64,000 bases of DNA, from NCBI GenBank assembly GCA_964016885.1, contig OZ024744.1, positions 136,152,001-136,216,000 of the forward strand, in the 5' to 3' direction. The number at the start of each line of letters is the position of its first letter. Position 1 is the stretch's first letter. The notes under the pieces were generated by a model. The model searched no databases. It was not told the origin of the DNA and saw nothing but the letters and a program-made list of their open reading frames with translations. Below, piece after piece: positions 14,501-29,500 of the stretch. The stretch is from Eledone cirrhosa. Taxonomy: Eukaryota. The translations under genes were made by a program, and so were the position numbers.

Positions 14501-17500
14501 ATCTACAGAATAGAAGTGGAGATCATGATAGAAGAAATAACATGAATCCAGAGGAGAGAGAAGCTTATCTACAGAATAGAAGTGGAGATCATGATAGAAG
14601 AAATAACATGAATCCAGAGGAGAGAGTAGCTTATCTACAGAATAGAAGTGGAGATCATGATAGAAGAAATAACATGAATCCAGAGGAGAGAGAAGTATTT
14701 CTACAGAATAGAAGAAGTGGAGATCATGGTAGAAGAAATAACATGAATCCAGAGGAGAGAGAAGTTTATCTACAGAATAGAAGTGGAGATCATGATAGAA
14801 GAAATAACATGAATCCAGAGGAGAGAGTAGCTTATCTACAGAATAGAAGAAGTGGAGATCATGATATAAGAAAAAACATGAATCCAGAGGAGAGAGAAGC
14901 TTCTCTACAGAATAGAAGTGGAGATCATGGTAGAAGAAATAACATGAATCCAGAGGAGAGAGAAGCTTATCTACAGAATAGAAGAAGTAGAGATCATGAT
15001 AGAAGAAATAACATGAATCCAGAGGAGAGAGAAGTTTATCTACAGAATAGAAGTGGAGATCATGATAGAAGAAATAACATGAATCCAGAGGAGAGAGAAG
15101 CTTATCTACAGAATAGAAGAAGTGGAGATCATGATAGAAGAAATAACATGAATCCAGGAGAGAGAGAAGTATTTCTACAGAATAGAAGAAGTGGAGATCA
15201 TGATAGAAGAAATAACATGAATCCAGAGGAGAGAGAAGCTTCTCTACAGAATAGAAGTGGAGATCATGGTAGAAGAAATAACATGAATCCAGAGGAGAGA
15301 GAAGCTTATCTACAGAATAGAAGAAGTAGAGATCATGATAGAAGAAATAACATGAATCCAGAGGAGAGAGAAGCTTCTCTACAGAATAGAAGTGGAGATC
15401 ATGGTAGAAGAAATAACATGAATCCAGAGGAGAGAGAAGTTTATCTACAGAATAGAAGAAGTGGAGATCATGATAGAAGAAATAACATGAATCCAGAGGA
15501 GAGAGAAGTTTATCTACAGAATAGAAGTGGAGATCATGATAGAAGAAATAACATGAATCCAGAGGAGAGAGAAGCTTATCTACAGAATAGAAGAAGTGGA
15601 GATCATGATAGAAGAACTAACATGAATCCAGAGGAGAGAGAAGCTTCTCTACAGAATAGAAGTGGAGATCATGGTAGAAGAAATAACATGAATCCAGAGG
15701 AGAGAGAAGTTTATCTACAGAATAGAAGTGGAGATCATGGTAGAAGAAATACATGAATCCGGAGGAGAGAGAAGTTTATCTACAGAATAAAAGAAGTGGA
15801 GATCATGGTAGAAGAAATAACATGAATCCAGAGGAGAGAGAAGTTTATCTACAGAATAGAAGTGGAGATCATGATAGAAGAAATAACATGAATCCAGAGG
15901 AGAGAGTAGCTTATCTACAGAATAGAAGAAGTGGAGATCATGATAGAAGAAATAACATGAATCCAGAGGAGAGAGAAGCTTCTCTACAGAATAGAAGTGG
16001 AGATCATGGTAGAAGAAATAACATGAATCCAGAGGAGAGAGAAGCTTATATACAGAATAGAAGAAGTAGAGATCATGATAGAAGAAATAACATGAATCCA
16101 GAGGAGAGAGAAGCTTCTCTACAGAATAGAAGTGGAGATCATGGTAGAAGAAATAACATGAATCCAGAGGAGAGAGAAGTTTATCTACAGAATAGAAGAA
16201 GTGGAGATCATGATAGAAGAAATAACAGGAATCCAGAGGAGAGAGAAGTTTATCTACAGAATAGAAGTGGAGATCATGATAGAAGAAATAACATGAATCC
16301 AGAGGAGAGAGAAGCTTATCTACAGAATAGAAGAAGTGGAGATCATGATAGAAGAAATAAAATGAATCCAGAGGAGAGAGAAGCTTCTCTACAGAATAGA
16401 AGTGGAGATCATGGTAGAAGAAATAACATGAATCCAGAGGAGAGAGAAGTTTATCTACAGAATAGAAGTGGAGATCATGGTAGAAGAAATAACATGAATC
16501 CAGAGGAGAGAGAAGTTTATCTACAGAATAAAAGAAGTGGAGATCATGGTAGAAGAAATAACATGAATCCAGAGGAGAGAGAAGTTTATCTACAGAATAA
16601 AAGAAGTGGAGATCATGGTAGAAGAAATAACATGAATCCAGAGGAGAGAGAAGTTTATCTACAGAATAGAAGAAGTGGAGATCATGACAGAAGAAATAAC
16701 AGGAATCCAGAGGAGAGAGAAGTTTATCTACAGAATAGAAGTGGAGATCATGGTAGAAGAAATAACATGAATCCAGAGGAGAGAGAAGTTTATCTACAGA
16801 ATAAAAGAAGTGGAGATCATGGTAGAAGAAATAACATGAATCCAGAGGAGAGAGAAGTTTATCTACAGAATAAAAGAAGTGGAGATCATGGTAGAAGAAA
16901 TAACATGAATCCAGAGGAGAGAGAAGTTTATCTACAGAATAAAAGAAGTGGAGATCATGGTAGAAGAAATAACATGAATCCAGAGGAGAGAGAGGCTTAT
17001 CTACAGAATAGAAGTGGAAATCATGATAGAAGAAATAACATGAATCCAGAGGAGATCATGATAGAAGAAATAACATGAATCCAGAGGAGAGAGAAGCTTA
17101 TCTACAGAATAGAAGTGGAGATCATGATAGAAGGAATAACATGAATCCAGAGGAGAGAGAAGCTTATCTACAGAATAGAAGTGGAGATCATGATAGAAGA
17201 AATAACATGAATCCAGAGGAGAGAGAAGTATTTCTACAGAATAGAAGAAGTGGAGATCATGGTAGGAGAAATAACATGAATCCAGAGGAGAGAGAAGTTT
17301 ATCTACAGAATAGAAGTGGAGATCATGATAGAAGAAATAACATGAATCCAGAGGAGAGAGTAGCTTATCTACAGAATAGAAGAAGTGGAGATCATGATAG
17401 AAGAAATAACATGAATCCAGAGGAGAGAGAAGCTTCTCTACAGAATAGAAGTGGAGATCATGGTAGAAGAAATAACATGAATCCAGAAGAGAGAGAAGCT

Positions 17501-20500
17501 TATCTACAGAATAGAAGAAGTGGAGATCATGATAGAAGAAATAACATGAATCCAGAGGAGAGAGAAGCTTCTCTACAGAATAGAAGTGGAGATCATGGTA
17601 GAAGAAATAACATGAATCCAGAGGAGAGAGAAGTTTATCTACAGAATAGAAGAAGTGGAGATCATGATAGAAGAAATAACATGAATCCAGAGGAGAGAGA
17701 AGTTTATCTACAGAATAGAAGAAGTGGAGATCATGGTAGAAGAAATAACAGGAATCCAGAGGAGAGAGAAGTTTATCTACAGAATAGAAGAAGTGGAGAT
17801 CATGATAGAAGAAATAACATGAATCCAGAGGAGAGAGAAGTTTATCTGCAGAAAAGAAGTGGAGATCATGACAGAAGAAATAACAGGAATCCAGAGGAGA
17901 GAGAAGTTTATCTACAGAATAGAAGTGGAGATCATGGTAGAAGAAATAACATGAATCTAGAGGAGAGAGAAGTTTATCTACAGAATAAAAGAAGTGGAGA
18001 TCATGGTAGAAGAAATAACATGAATCCAGAGGAGAGATAAGCTTATCTACAGAATAGAAGTGGAGATCATGGTAGAAGAAATAACATGAATCCAGAGGAG
18101 AGAGAAGTTTATCTACAGAATAGAAGAAGTGGAGATCATGATAGAAGAAATAACATGAATCCAGAGGAGAGAGAAGTTTATCTACAGAATAGAAGAAGTG
18201 GAGATCATGACAGAAGAAATAACAGGAATCCAGAGGAGAGAGAAGTTTATCTACAGAATAGAAGTGGAGATCATGGTAGAAGAAATAACATGAATCCAGA
18301 GGAGAGAGAAGTTTATCTACAGAATAAAAGAAGTGGAGATCATGGTAGAAGAAATAACATGAATCCAGAGGAGAGAGAAGTTTATCTACAGAATAGAAGT
18401 GGAGATCATGGTAGAAGAAATAACATGAATCCAGAGGAGAGAGAAGTTTATCTACAGAATAGAAGAAGTGGAGATCATGATAGAAGAAATAACATGAATC
18501 CAGAGGAGAGAGAAGTTTATCTACAGAATAGAAGAAGTGGAGATCATGATAGAAGAAATAACATGAATCCAGAGGAGAGAGAAGCTTATCTACAGAATAG
18601 AAGAAGTGGAGATCATGATAGAAGAAATAACATGAATCCAGAGGAGAGAGAAGTTTATCTACAGAATAGAAGAAGTGGAGATCATGATAGAAGAAATAAC
18701 ATGAATCCAGAGGAGAGAGAAGTTTATCTACAGAATAGAAGTGGAGATCATGATAGAAGAAATAACATGAATCCAGAGGAGAGAGAAGCTTATCTACAGA
18801 ATAGAAGAAGTGGAGATCATGATAGAAGAAATAACATGAATCCAGAGGAGAGAGAAGCTTCTCTACAGAATAGAAGTGGAGATCATGGTAGAAGAAATAA
18901 CATGAATCCAGAGGAGAGAGAACTTTATCTACAGAATAGAAGTGGAGATCATGGTAGAAGAAATAACATGAATCCAGCGGAGAGAGAAGCTTATCTACAG
19001 AATAGAAGTGGAGATCATGGTAGAAGAAATAACATGAATCCAGAGGAGAGAGAAGTTTATCTACAGAATAAAAGAAGTGGAGATCATGGTAGAAGAAATA
19101 ACATGAATCCAGCGGAGAGAGAAGCTTATCTACAGAATAGAAGTGGAGATCATGGTAGAAGAAATAACATGAATCCAGAGGAGAGAGAAGTATTTCTACA
19201 GAATAGAAGAAGTGGAGATCATGGTAGAAGATATAACATGAATCCAGAGGAGAGAGAAGTTTATCTACAGAATAGAAGAAGTGGAGATCATGACAGAAGA
19301 AATAACAGGAATCCAGAGGAGAGAGAAGTTTATCTACAGAATAGAAGTGGAGATCATGGTAGAAGAAATAACATGAATCCAGAGGAGAGAGAAGTTTATC
19401 TACAGAATAAAAGAAGTGGAGATCATGGTAGAAGAAATAACATGAATCCAGAGGAGAGAGAAGTTTATCTACAGAATAAAAGAAGTGGAGATCATGGTAG
19501 AAGAAATAACATGAATCCAGAGGAGAGAGAGGCTTATCTACAGAATAGAAGTGGAAATCATGATAGAAGAAATAACATGAATCCAGAGGAGAGAGAAGCT
19601 TATCTACAGAATAGAAGTGGAGATCATGATAGAAGAAATAACATGAATCCAGAGGAGAGAGAAGCTTATCTACAGAATAGAAGTGGAGATCATGATAGAA
19701 GAAATAACATGAATCCAGAGGAGAGAGAAGTTTATCTACAGAATAGAAGTGGAGATCATGATAGAAGAAATAACATGAATCCAGAGGAGAGAGTAGCTTA
19801 TCTACAGAATAGAAGAAGTGGAGATCATGATAGAAGAAAAAACATGAATCCAGAGGAGAGAGAAGCTTCTCTACAGAATAGAAGTGGAGATCATGGTAGA
19901 AGAAATAACATGAATCCAGAGGAGAGGGTAGCTTATCTACAGAATAGAAGAAGTGGAGATCATGATAGAAGAAATAACATGAATCCAGAGGAGAGAGAAG
20001 CTTCTCTACAGAATAGAAGTGGAGATCATGGTAGAAGAAATAACATGAATCCAGAGGAGAGAGAAGTTTATCTACAGAATAGAAGAAGTGGAGATCATGA
20101 TAGAAGAAATAACATGAATCCAGAGGAGAGAGAAGTTTATCTACAGAATAGAAGTGGAGATCATGATAGAAGAAATAACATGAATCCAGAGGAGAGAGAA
20201 GCTTATCTACAGAATAGAAGAAGTGGAGATCATGATAGAAGAAATAACATGAATCCAGAGGAGAGAGAAGCTTCTCTACAGAATAGAAGTGGAGATCATG
20301 GTAGAAGAAATAACATGAATCCAGAGGAGAGAGAAGTTTATCTACAGAATAGAAGTGGAGATCATGGTAGAAGAAATAACATGAATCCAGAGGAGAGAGA
20401 AGTTTATCTACAGAATAAAAGAAGTGGAGATCATGGTAGAAGAAATAACATGAATCCAGAGGAGAGAGAAGCTTATCTACAGAATAGAAGTGGAGATCAT

Positions 20501-23500
20501 GGTAGAAGAAATAACATGAATCCAGAGGAGAGAGAAGTTTATCTACAGAATAGAAGAAGTGGAGATCATGATAGAAGAAATAACATGAATCCAGAGGAGA
20601 GAGAAGTTTATCTACAGAATAGAAGAAGTGGAGATCATGACAGAAGAAATAACAGGAATCCAGAGGAGAGAGAAGTTTATCTACAGAATAGAAGTGGAGA
20701 TCATGGTAGAAGAAATAACATGAATCCAGAGGAGAGAGAAGTTTATCTACAGAATAAAAGAAGTGGAGATCATGGTAGAAGAAATAACATGAATCCAGAG
20801 GAGAGAGAAGTTTATCTACAGAATAGAAGTGGAGATCATGGTAGAAGAAATAACATGAATCCAGAGGAGAGAGAAGTTTATCTACAGAATAAAAGAAGTG
20901 GAGATCATGGTAGAAGAAATAACATGAATCCAGAGGAGAGAGAAGTTTATCTACAGAATAGAAGTGGAGATCATGATAGAAGAAATAACATGAATCCAGA
21001 GGAGAGAGTAGCTTATCTACAGAATAGAAGAAGTGGAGATCATGATAGAAGAAATAACATGAATCCAGAGGAGAGAGAAGCTTCTCTACAGAATAGAAGT
21101 GGAGATCATGGCAGAAGAAATAACATGAATCCAGAGGAGAGAGAAGCTTATCTACAGAATAGAAGAAGTAGAGATCATGATAGAAGAAATAACATGAATC
21201 CAGAGGAGAGAGAAGCTTCTCTACAGAATAGAAGTGGAGATCATGGTAGAAGAAATAACATGAATCCAGAGGAGAGAGAAGTTTATCTACAGAATAGAAG
21301 AAGTGGAGATCATGATAGAAGAAATAACATGAATCCAGAGGAGAGAGAAGCTTATCTACAGAATAGAAGTGGAGATCATGATAGAAGAAATAACATGAAT
21401 CCAGAGGAGAGAGTAGCTTATCTACAGAATAGAAGTGGAGATCATGATAGAAGAAATAACATGAATCCAGAGGAGAGAGAAGTATTTCTACAGAATAGAA
21501 GAAGTGGAGATCATGGTAGAAGAAATAACATGAATCCAGAGGAGAGAGAAGTTTATCTACAGAATAGAAGTGGAGATCATGATAGAAGAAATAACATGAA
21601 TCCAGAGGAGAGAGTAGCTTATCTACAGAATAGAAGAAGTGGAGATCATGATATAAGAAAAAACATGAATCCAGAGGAGAGAGAGGCTTCTCTACAGAAT
21701 AGAAGTGGAGATCATGGTAGAAGAAATAACATGAATCCAGAGGAGAGAGAAGCTTATCTACAGAATAGAAGAAGTAGAGATCATGATAGAAGAAATAACA
21801 TGAATCCAGAGGAGAGAGAAGTTTATCTACAGAATAGAAGTGGAGATCATGATAGAAGAAATAACATGAATCCAGAGGAGAGAGAAGCTTATCTACAGAA
21901 TAGAAGAAGTGGAGATCATGATAGAAGAAATAACATGAATCCAGGAGAGAGAGAAGTATTTCTACAGAATAGAAGAAGTGGAGATCATGATAGAAGAAAT
22001 AACATGAATCCAGAGGAGAGAGAAGCTTCTCTACAGAATAGAAGTGGAGATCATGGTAGAAGAAATAACATGAATCCAGAGGAGAGAGAAGCTTATCTAC
22101 AGAATAGAAGAAGTAGAGATCATGATAGAAGAAATAACATGAATCCAGAGGAGAGAGAAGTTTATCTACAGAATAAAAGAAGTGGAGATCATGGTAGAAG
22201 AAATAACATGAATCCAGAGGAGAGAGAAGTTTATCTACAGAATAAAAGAAGTGGAGATCATGGTAGAAGAAATAACATGAATCCAGAGGAGAGATAGGCT
22301 TATCTACAGAATAGAAGTGGAAATCATGATAGAAGAAATAACATGAATCCAGAGGAGATCATGATAGAAGAAATAACATGAATCCAGAGGAGAGAGAAGC
22401 TTATCTACAGAATAGAAGTGGAGATCATGATAGAAGAAATAACATGAATCCAGAGGAGAGAGAAGCTTATCTACAGAATAGAAGTGGAGATCATGATAGA
22501 AGAAATAACATGAATTCAGAGGAGAGAGAAGTATTTCTACAGAATAGAAGAAGTGGAGATCATGGTAGAAGAAATAACATGAATCCAGAGGAGAGAGAAG
22601 TTTATCTACAGAATAGAAGTGGAGATCATGATAGAAGAAATAACATGAATCCAGAGGAGAGAGTAGCTTATCTACAGAATAGAAGAAGTGGAGATCATGA
22701 TAGAAGAAATAACATGAATCCAGAGGAGAGAGAAGCTTCTCTACAGAATAGAAGTGGAGATCATGGTAGAAGAAATAACATGAATCCAGAGGAGAGAGAA
22801 GCTTATCTACAGAACAGAAGAAGTGCAGATCATGATAGAAGAAATAACATGAATCCAGAGGAGAGAGAAGCTTCTCTACAGAATAGAAGTGGAGATCATG
22901 GTAGAAGAAATAACATGAATCCAGAGGAGAGAGAAGTTTATCTACAGAATAGAAGAAGTGGAGATCATGATAGAAGAAATAACATGAATCCAGAGGAGAG
23001 AGAAGTTTATCTACAGAATAGAAGAAGTGGAGATCATGGTAGAAGAAATAACAGGAATCCAGAGGAGAGAGAAGTTTATCTACAGAATAGAAGTGGAGAT
23101 CATGATAGAAGAAATAACATGAATCCAGAGGAGAGAGAAGTTTATCTACAGAATAGAAGAAGTGGAGATCATGATAGAAGAAATAACATGAATCCAGAGG
23201 AGAGAGAAGCTTCTCTACAGAATAGAAGTGGAGATCATGGTAGAAGAAATAACAGGAATCCAGAGGAGAGAGAAGTTTATCTACAGAATAGAAGAAGTGG
23301 AGATCATGATAGAAGAAATAACATGAATCCAGAGGAGAGAGAAGCTTCTCTACAGAATAGAAGTGGAGATCATGGTAGAAGAAATAACATGAATCCAGAG
23401 GAGAGAGAAGTTTATCTACAGAATAGAAGTGGAGATCATGGTAGAAGAAATAACATGAATCAAGAGGAGAGAGAAGTTTATCTACAGAATAGAAGTGGAG

Positions 23501-26500
23501 ATCATGATAGAAGAAATAACATGAATCCAGAGGAGAGAGTAGCTTATCTACATAATAGAAGAAGTGGAGATCATGATAGAAGAAATAACATGAATCCAGA
23601 GGAGAGAGAAGCTTCTCTACAGAATAGAAGTGGAGATCATGGTAGAAGAAATAACATGAATCCAGAGGAGAGAGAAGCTTATCTACAGAATAGAAGAAGT
23701 AGAGATCATGATAGAAGAAATAACATGAATCCAGAGGAGAGAGAAGCTTCTCTACAGAATAGAAGTGGAGATCATGGTAGAAGAAATAACATGAATCCAG
23801 AGGAGAGAGAAGTTTATCTACAGAATAGAAGAAGTGGAGATCATGATAGAAGAAATAACATGAATCCAGAGGAGAGAGAAGTTTATCTACAGAATAGAAG
23901 TGGAGATCATGATAGAAGAAATAACATGAATCCAGAGGAGAGAGAAGCTTATCTACAGAATAGAAGAAGTGGAGATCATGATAGAAGAAATAACATGAAT
24001 CCAGAGGAGAGAGAAGCTTCTCTACAGAATAGAAGTGGAGATCATGGTAGAAGAAATAACATGAATCCAGAGGAGAGAGAAGTTTATCTACAGAATAGAA
24101 GTGGAGATCATGGTAGAAGAAATAACATGAATCCAGAGGAGAGAGAAGTTTATCTACAGAATAAAAGAAGTGGAGATCATGGTAGAAGAAATAACATGAA
24201 TCCAGAAGAGAGAGAAGTTTATCTACAGAATAGAAGTGGAGATCATGATAGAAGAAATAACATGAATCCAGAGGAGAGAGTAGCTTATCTACAGAATAGA
24301 AGAAGTGGAGATCATGATAGAAGAAATAACATGAATCCAGAGGAGAGAGAAGCTTCTCTACAGAATAGAAGTGGAGATCATGGCAGAAGAAATAACATGA
24401 ATCCAGAGGAGAGAGAAGCTTATCTACAGAATAGAAGAAGTAGAGATCATGATAGAAGAAATAACATGAATCCAGAGGAGAGAGAAGCTTCTCTACAGAA
24501 TAGAAGTGGAGATCATGGTAGAAGAAATAACATGAATCCAGAGGAGAGAGAAGTTTATCTACAGAATAGAAGAAGTGGAGATCATGATAGAAGAAATAAC
24601 ATGAATCCAGAGGAGAGAGAAGTTTATCTACAGAATAGAAGTGGAGATCATGATAGAAGAAACAACATGAATCCAGAGGAGAGAGAAGCTTATCTACAGA
24701 ATAGAAGAAGTGGAGATCATGATAGAAGAAATAAAATGAATCCAGAGGAGAGAGAAGCTTCTCTACAGAATAGAAGTGGAGATCATGGTAGAAGAAATAA
24801 CATGAATCCAGAGGAGAGAGAAGTTTATCTACAGAATAGAAGTGGAGATCATGGTAGAAGAAATAACATGAATCCAGAGGAGAGAGAAGTTTATCTACAG
24901 AATAAAAGAAGTGGAGATCATGGTAGAAGAAATAACATGAATCCAGAGGAGAGAGAAGTTTATCTACAGAATAAAAGAAGTGGAGATCATGGTAGAAGAA
25001 ATAACATGAATCCAGAGGAGAGAGAAGTTTATCTACAGAATAGAAGAAGTGGAGATCATGACAGAAGAAATAACAGGAATCCAGAGGAGAGAGAAGTTTA
25101 TCTACAGAATAGAAGTGGAGATCATGGTAGAAGAAATAACATGAATCCAGAGGAGAGAGAAGTTTATCTACAGAATAAAAGAAGTGGAGATCATGGTAGA
25201 AGAAATAACATGAATCCAGAGGAGAGAGAAGTTTATCTACAGAATAAAAGAAGTGGAGATCATGGTAGAAGAAATAACATGAATCCAGAGGAGAGAGAAG
25301 TTTATCTACAGAATAAAAGAAGTGGAGATCATGGTAGAAGAAATAACATGAATCCAGAGGAGAGAGAGGCTTATCTACAGAATAGAAGTGGAAATCATGA
25401 TAGAAGAAATAACATGAATCCAGAGGAGATCATGATAGAAGAAATAACATGAATCCAGAGGAGAGAGAAGCTTATCTACAGAATAGAAGTGGAGATCATG
25501 ATAGAAGAAATAACATGAATCCAGAGGAGAGAGAAGCTTATCTACAGAATAGAAGTGGAGATCATGATAGAAGAAATAACATGAATCCAGAGGAGAGAGA
25601 AGTATTTCTACAGAATAGAAGAAGTGGAGATCATGGTAGGAGAAATAACATGAATCCAGAGGAGAGAGAAGTTTATCTACAGAATAGAAGTGGAGATCAT
25701 GATAGAAGAAATAACATGAATCCAGAGGAGAGAGTAGCTTATCTACAGAATAGAAGAAGTGGAGATCATGATAGAAGAAATAACATGAATCCAGAGGAGA
25801 GAGAAGCTTCTCTACAGAATAGAAGTGGAGATCATGGTAGAAGAAATAACATGAATCCAGAAGAGAGAGAAGCTTATCTACAGAATAGAAGAAGTGGAGA
25901 TCATGATAGAAGAAATAACATGAATCCAGAGGAGAGAGAAGCTTCTCTACAGAATAGAAGTGGAGATCATGGTAGAAGAAATAACATGAATCCAGAGGAG
26001 AGAGAAGTTTATCTACAGAATAGAAGAAGTGGAGATCATGATAGAAGAAATAACATGAATCCAGAGGAGAGAGAAGTTTATCTACAGAATAGAAGAAGTG
26101 GAGATCATGGTAGAAGAAATAACAGGAATCCAGAGGAGAGAGAAGTTTATCTACAGAATAGAAGAAGTGGAGATCATGATAGAAGAAATAACATGAATCC
26201 AGAGGAGAGAGAAGTTTATCTGCAGAAAAGAAGTGGAGATCATGACAGAAGAAATAACAGGAATCCAGAGGAGAGAGAAGTTTATCTACAAAATAGAAGT
26301 GGAGATCATGGTAGAAGAAATAACATGAATCCAGAGGAGAGAGAAGTTTATCTACAGAATAAAAGAAGTGGAGATCATGGTAGAAGAAATAACATGAATC
26401 CAGAGGAGAGATAAGCTTATCTACAGAATAGAAGTGGAGATCATGGTAGAAGAAATAACATGAATCCAGAGGAGAGAGAAGTTTATCTACAGAATAAAAG

Positions 26501-29500
26501 AAGTGGAGATCATGGTAGAAGAAATAACATGAATCCAGAGGAGAGAGAAGTTTATCTACAGAATAGAAGTGGAGATCATGATAGAAGAAATAACATGAAT
26601 CCAGAGGAGAGAGTAGCTTATCTACAGAATAGAAGAAGTGGAGATCATGATAGAAGAAATAACATGAATCCAGAGGAGAGAGAAGCTTCTCTACAGAATA
26701 GAAGTGGAGATCATGGCAGAAGAAATAACATGAATCCAGAGGAGAGAGAAGCTTATCTACAGAATAGAAGAAGTAGAGATCATGATAGAAGAAATAACAT
26801 GAATCCAGAGGAGAGAGAAGCTTCTCTACAGAATAGAAGTGGAGATCATGGTAGAAGAAATAACATGAATCCAGAGGAGAGAGAAGTTTATCTACAGAAT
26901 AGAAGAAGTGGAGATCATGATAGAAGAAATAACATGAATCCAGAGGAGAGAGAAGTTTATCTACAGAATAGAAGTGGAGATCATGATAGAAGAAACAACA
27001 TGAATCCAGAGGAGAGAGAAGCTTATCTACAGAATAGAAGAAGTGGAGATCATGATAGAAGAAATAAAATGAATCCAGAGGAGAGAGAAGCTTCTCTACA
27101 GAATAGAAGTGGAGATCATGGTAGAAGAAATAACATGAATCCAGAGGAGAGAGAAGTTTATCTACAGAATAGAAGTGGAGATCATGGTAGAAGAAATAAC
27201 ATGAATCCAGAGGAGAGAGAAGTTTATCTACAGAATAAAAGAAGTGGAGATCATGGTAGAAGAAATAACATGAATCCAGAGGAGAGAGAAGTTTATCTAC
27301 AGAATAAAAGAAGTGGAGATCATGGTAGAAGAAATAACATGAATCCAGAGGAGAGAGAAGTTTATCTACAGAATAGAAGAAGTGGAGATCATGACAGAAG
27401 AAATAACAGGAATCCAGAGGAGAGAGAAGTATATCTACAGAATAGAAGTGGAGATCATGGTAGAAGAAATAACATGAATCCAGAGGAGAGAGAAGTTTAT
27501 CTACAGAATAAAAGAAGTGGAGATCATGGTAGAAGAAATAACATGAATCCAGAGGAGAGAGAAGTTTATCTACAGAATAAAAGAAGTGGAGATCATGGTA
27601 GAAGAAATAACATGAATCCAGAGGAGAGAGAAGTTTATCTACAGAATAAAAGAAGTGGAGATCATGGTAGAAGAAATAACATGAATCCAGAGGAGAGAGA
27701 GGCTTATCTACAGAATAGAAGTGGAAATCATGATAGAAGAAATAACATGAATCCAGAGGAGATCATGATAGAAGAAATAACATGAATCCAGAGGAGAGAG
27801 AAGCTTATCTACAGAATAGAAGTGGAGATCATGATAGAAGAAATAACATGAATCCAGAGGAGAGAGAAGCTTATCTACAGAATAGAAGTGGAGATCATGA
27901 TAGAAGAAATAACATGAATCCAGAGGAGAGAGAAGTATTTCTACAGAATAGAAGAAGTGGAGATCATGGTAGGAGAAATAACATGAATCCAGAGGAGAGA
28001 GAAGTTTATCTACAGAATAGAAGTGGAGATCATGATAGAAGAAATAACATGAATCCAGAGGAGAGAGTAGCTTATCTACAGAATAGAAGAAGTGGAGATC
28101 ATGATAGAAGAAATAACATGAATCCAGAGGAGAGAGAAGCTTCTCTACAGAATAGAAGTGGAGATCATGGTAGAAGAAATAACATGAATCCAGAAGAGAG
28201 AGAAGCTTATCTACAGAATAGAAGAAGTGGAGATCATGATAGAAGAAATAACATGAATCCAGAGGAGAGAGAAGCTTCTCTACAGAATAGAAGTGGAGAT
28301 CATGGTAGAAGAAATAACATGAATCCAGAGGAGAGAGAAGTTTATCTACAGAATAGAAGAAGTGGAGATCATGATAGAAGAAATAACATGAATCCAGAGG
28401 AGAGAGAAGTTTATCTACAGAATAGAAGAAGTGGAGATCATGGTAGAAGAAATAACAGGAATCCAGAGGAGAGAGAAGTTTATCTACAGAATAGAAGAAG
28501 TGGAGATCATGATAGAAGAAATAACATGAATCCAGAGGAGAGAGAAGTTTATCTGCAGAAAAGAAGTGGAGATCATGACAGAAGAAATAACAGGAATCCA
28601 GAGGAGAGAGAAGTTTATCTACAGAATAGAAGTGGAGATCATGGTAGAAGAAATAACATGAATCCAGAGGAGAGAGAAGTTTATCTACAGAATAAAAGAA
28701 GTGGAGATCATGGTAGAAGAAATAACATGAATCCAGAGGAGAGATAAGCTTATCTACAGAATAGAAGTGGAGATCATGGTAGAAGAAATAACATGAATCC
28801 AGAGGAGAGAGAAGTTTATCTACAGAATAGAAGAAGTGGAGATCATGATAGAAGAAATAACATGAATCCAGAGGAGAGAGAAGTTTATCTACAGAATAGA
28901 AGAAGTGGAGATCATGACAGAAGAAATAACAGGAATCCAGAGGAGAGAGAAGTTCATCTACAGAATAGAAGTGGAGATCATGGTAGAAGAAATAACATGA
29001 ATCCAGAGGAGAGAGAAGCTTATCTACAGGATAGAAGAAGTGGAGATCGTGGTAGAAGAAATAACAGGAATCCAGAGGAGAGAGAAGTTTATCTACAGAA
29101 TAAAAGAAGTGGAGATCATGGTAGAAGAAATAACATGAATCCAGAGGAGAGAGAAGTTTATCTACAGAATAGAAGTGGAGATCATGGTAGAAGAAATAAC
29201 ATGAATCCAGAGGAGAGAGAAGTTTATCTACAGAATAGAAGAAGTGGAGATCATGATAGAAGAAATAACATGAATCCAGAGGAGAGAGAAGTTTATCTAC
29301 AGAATAGAAGAAGTGGAGATCATGATAGAAGAAATAACATGAATCCAGAGGAGAGAGAAGCTTATCTACAGAATAGAAGAAGTGGAGATCATGATAGAAG
29401 AAATAACATGAATCCAGAGGAGAGAGAAGTTTATCTACAGAATAGAAGAAGTGGAGATCATGATAGAAGAAATAACATGAATCCAGAGGAGAGAGAAGTT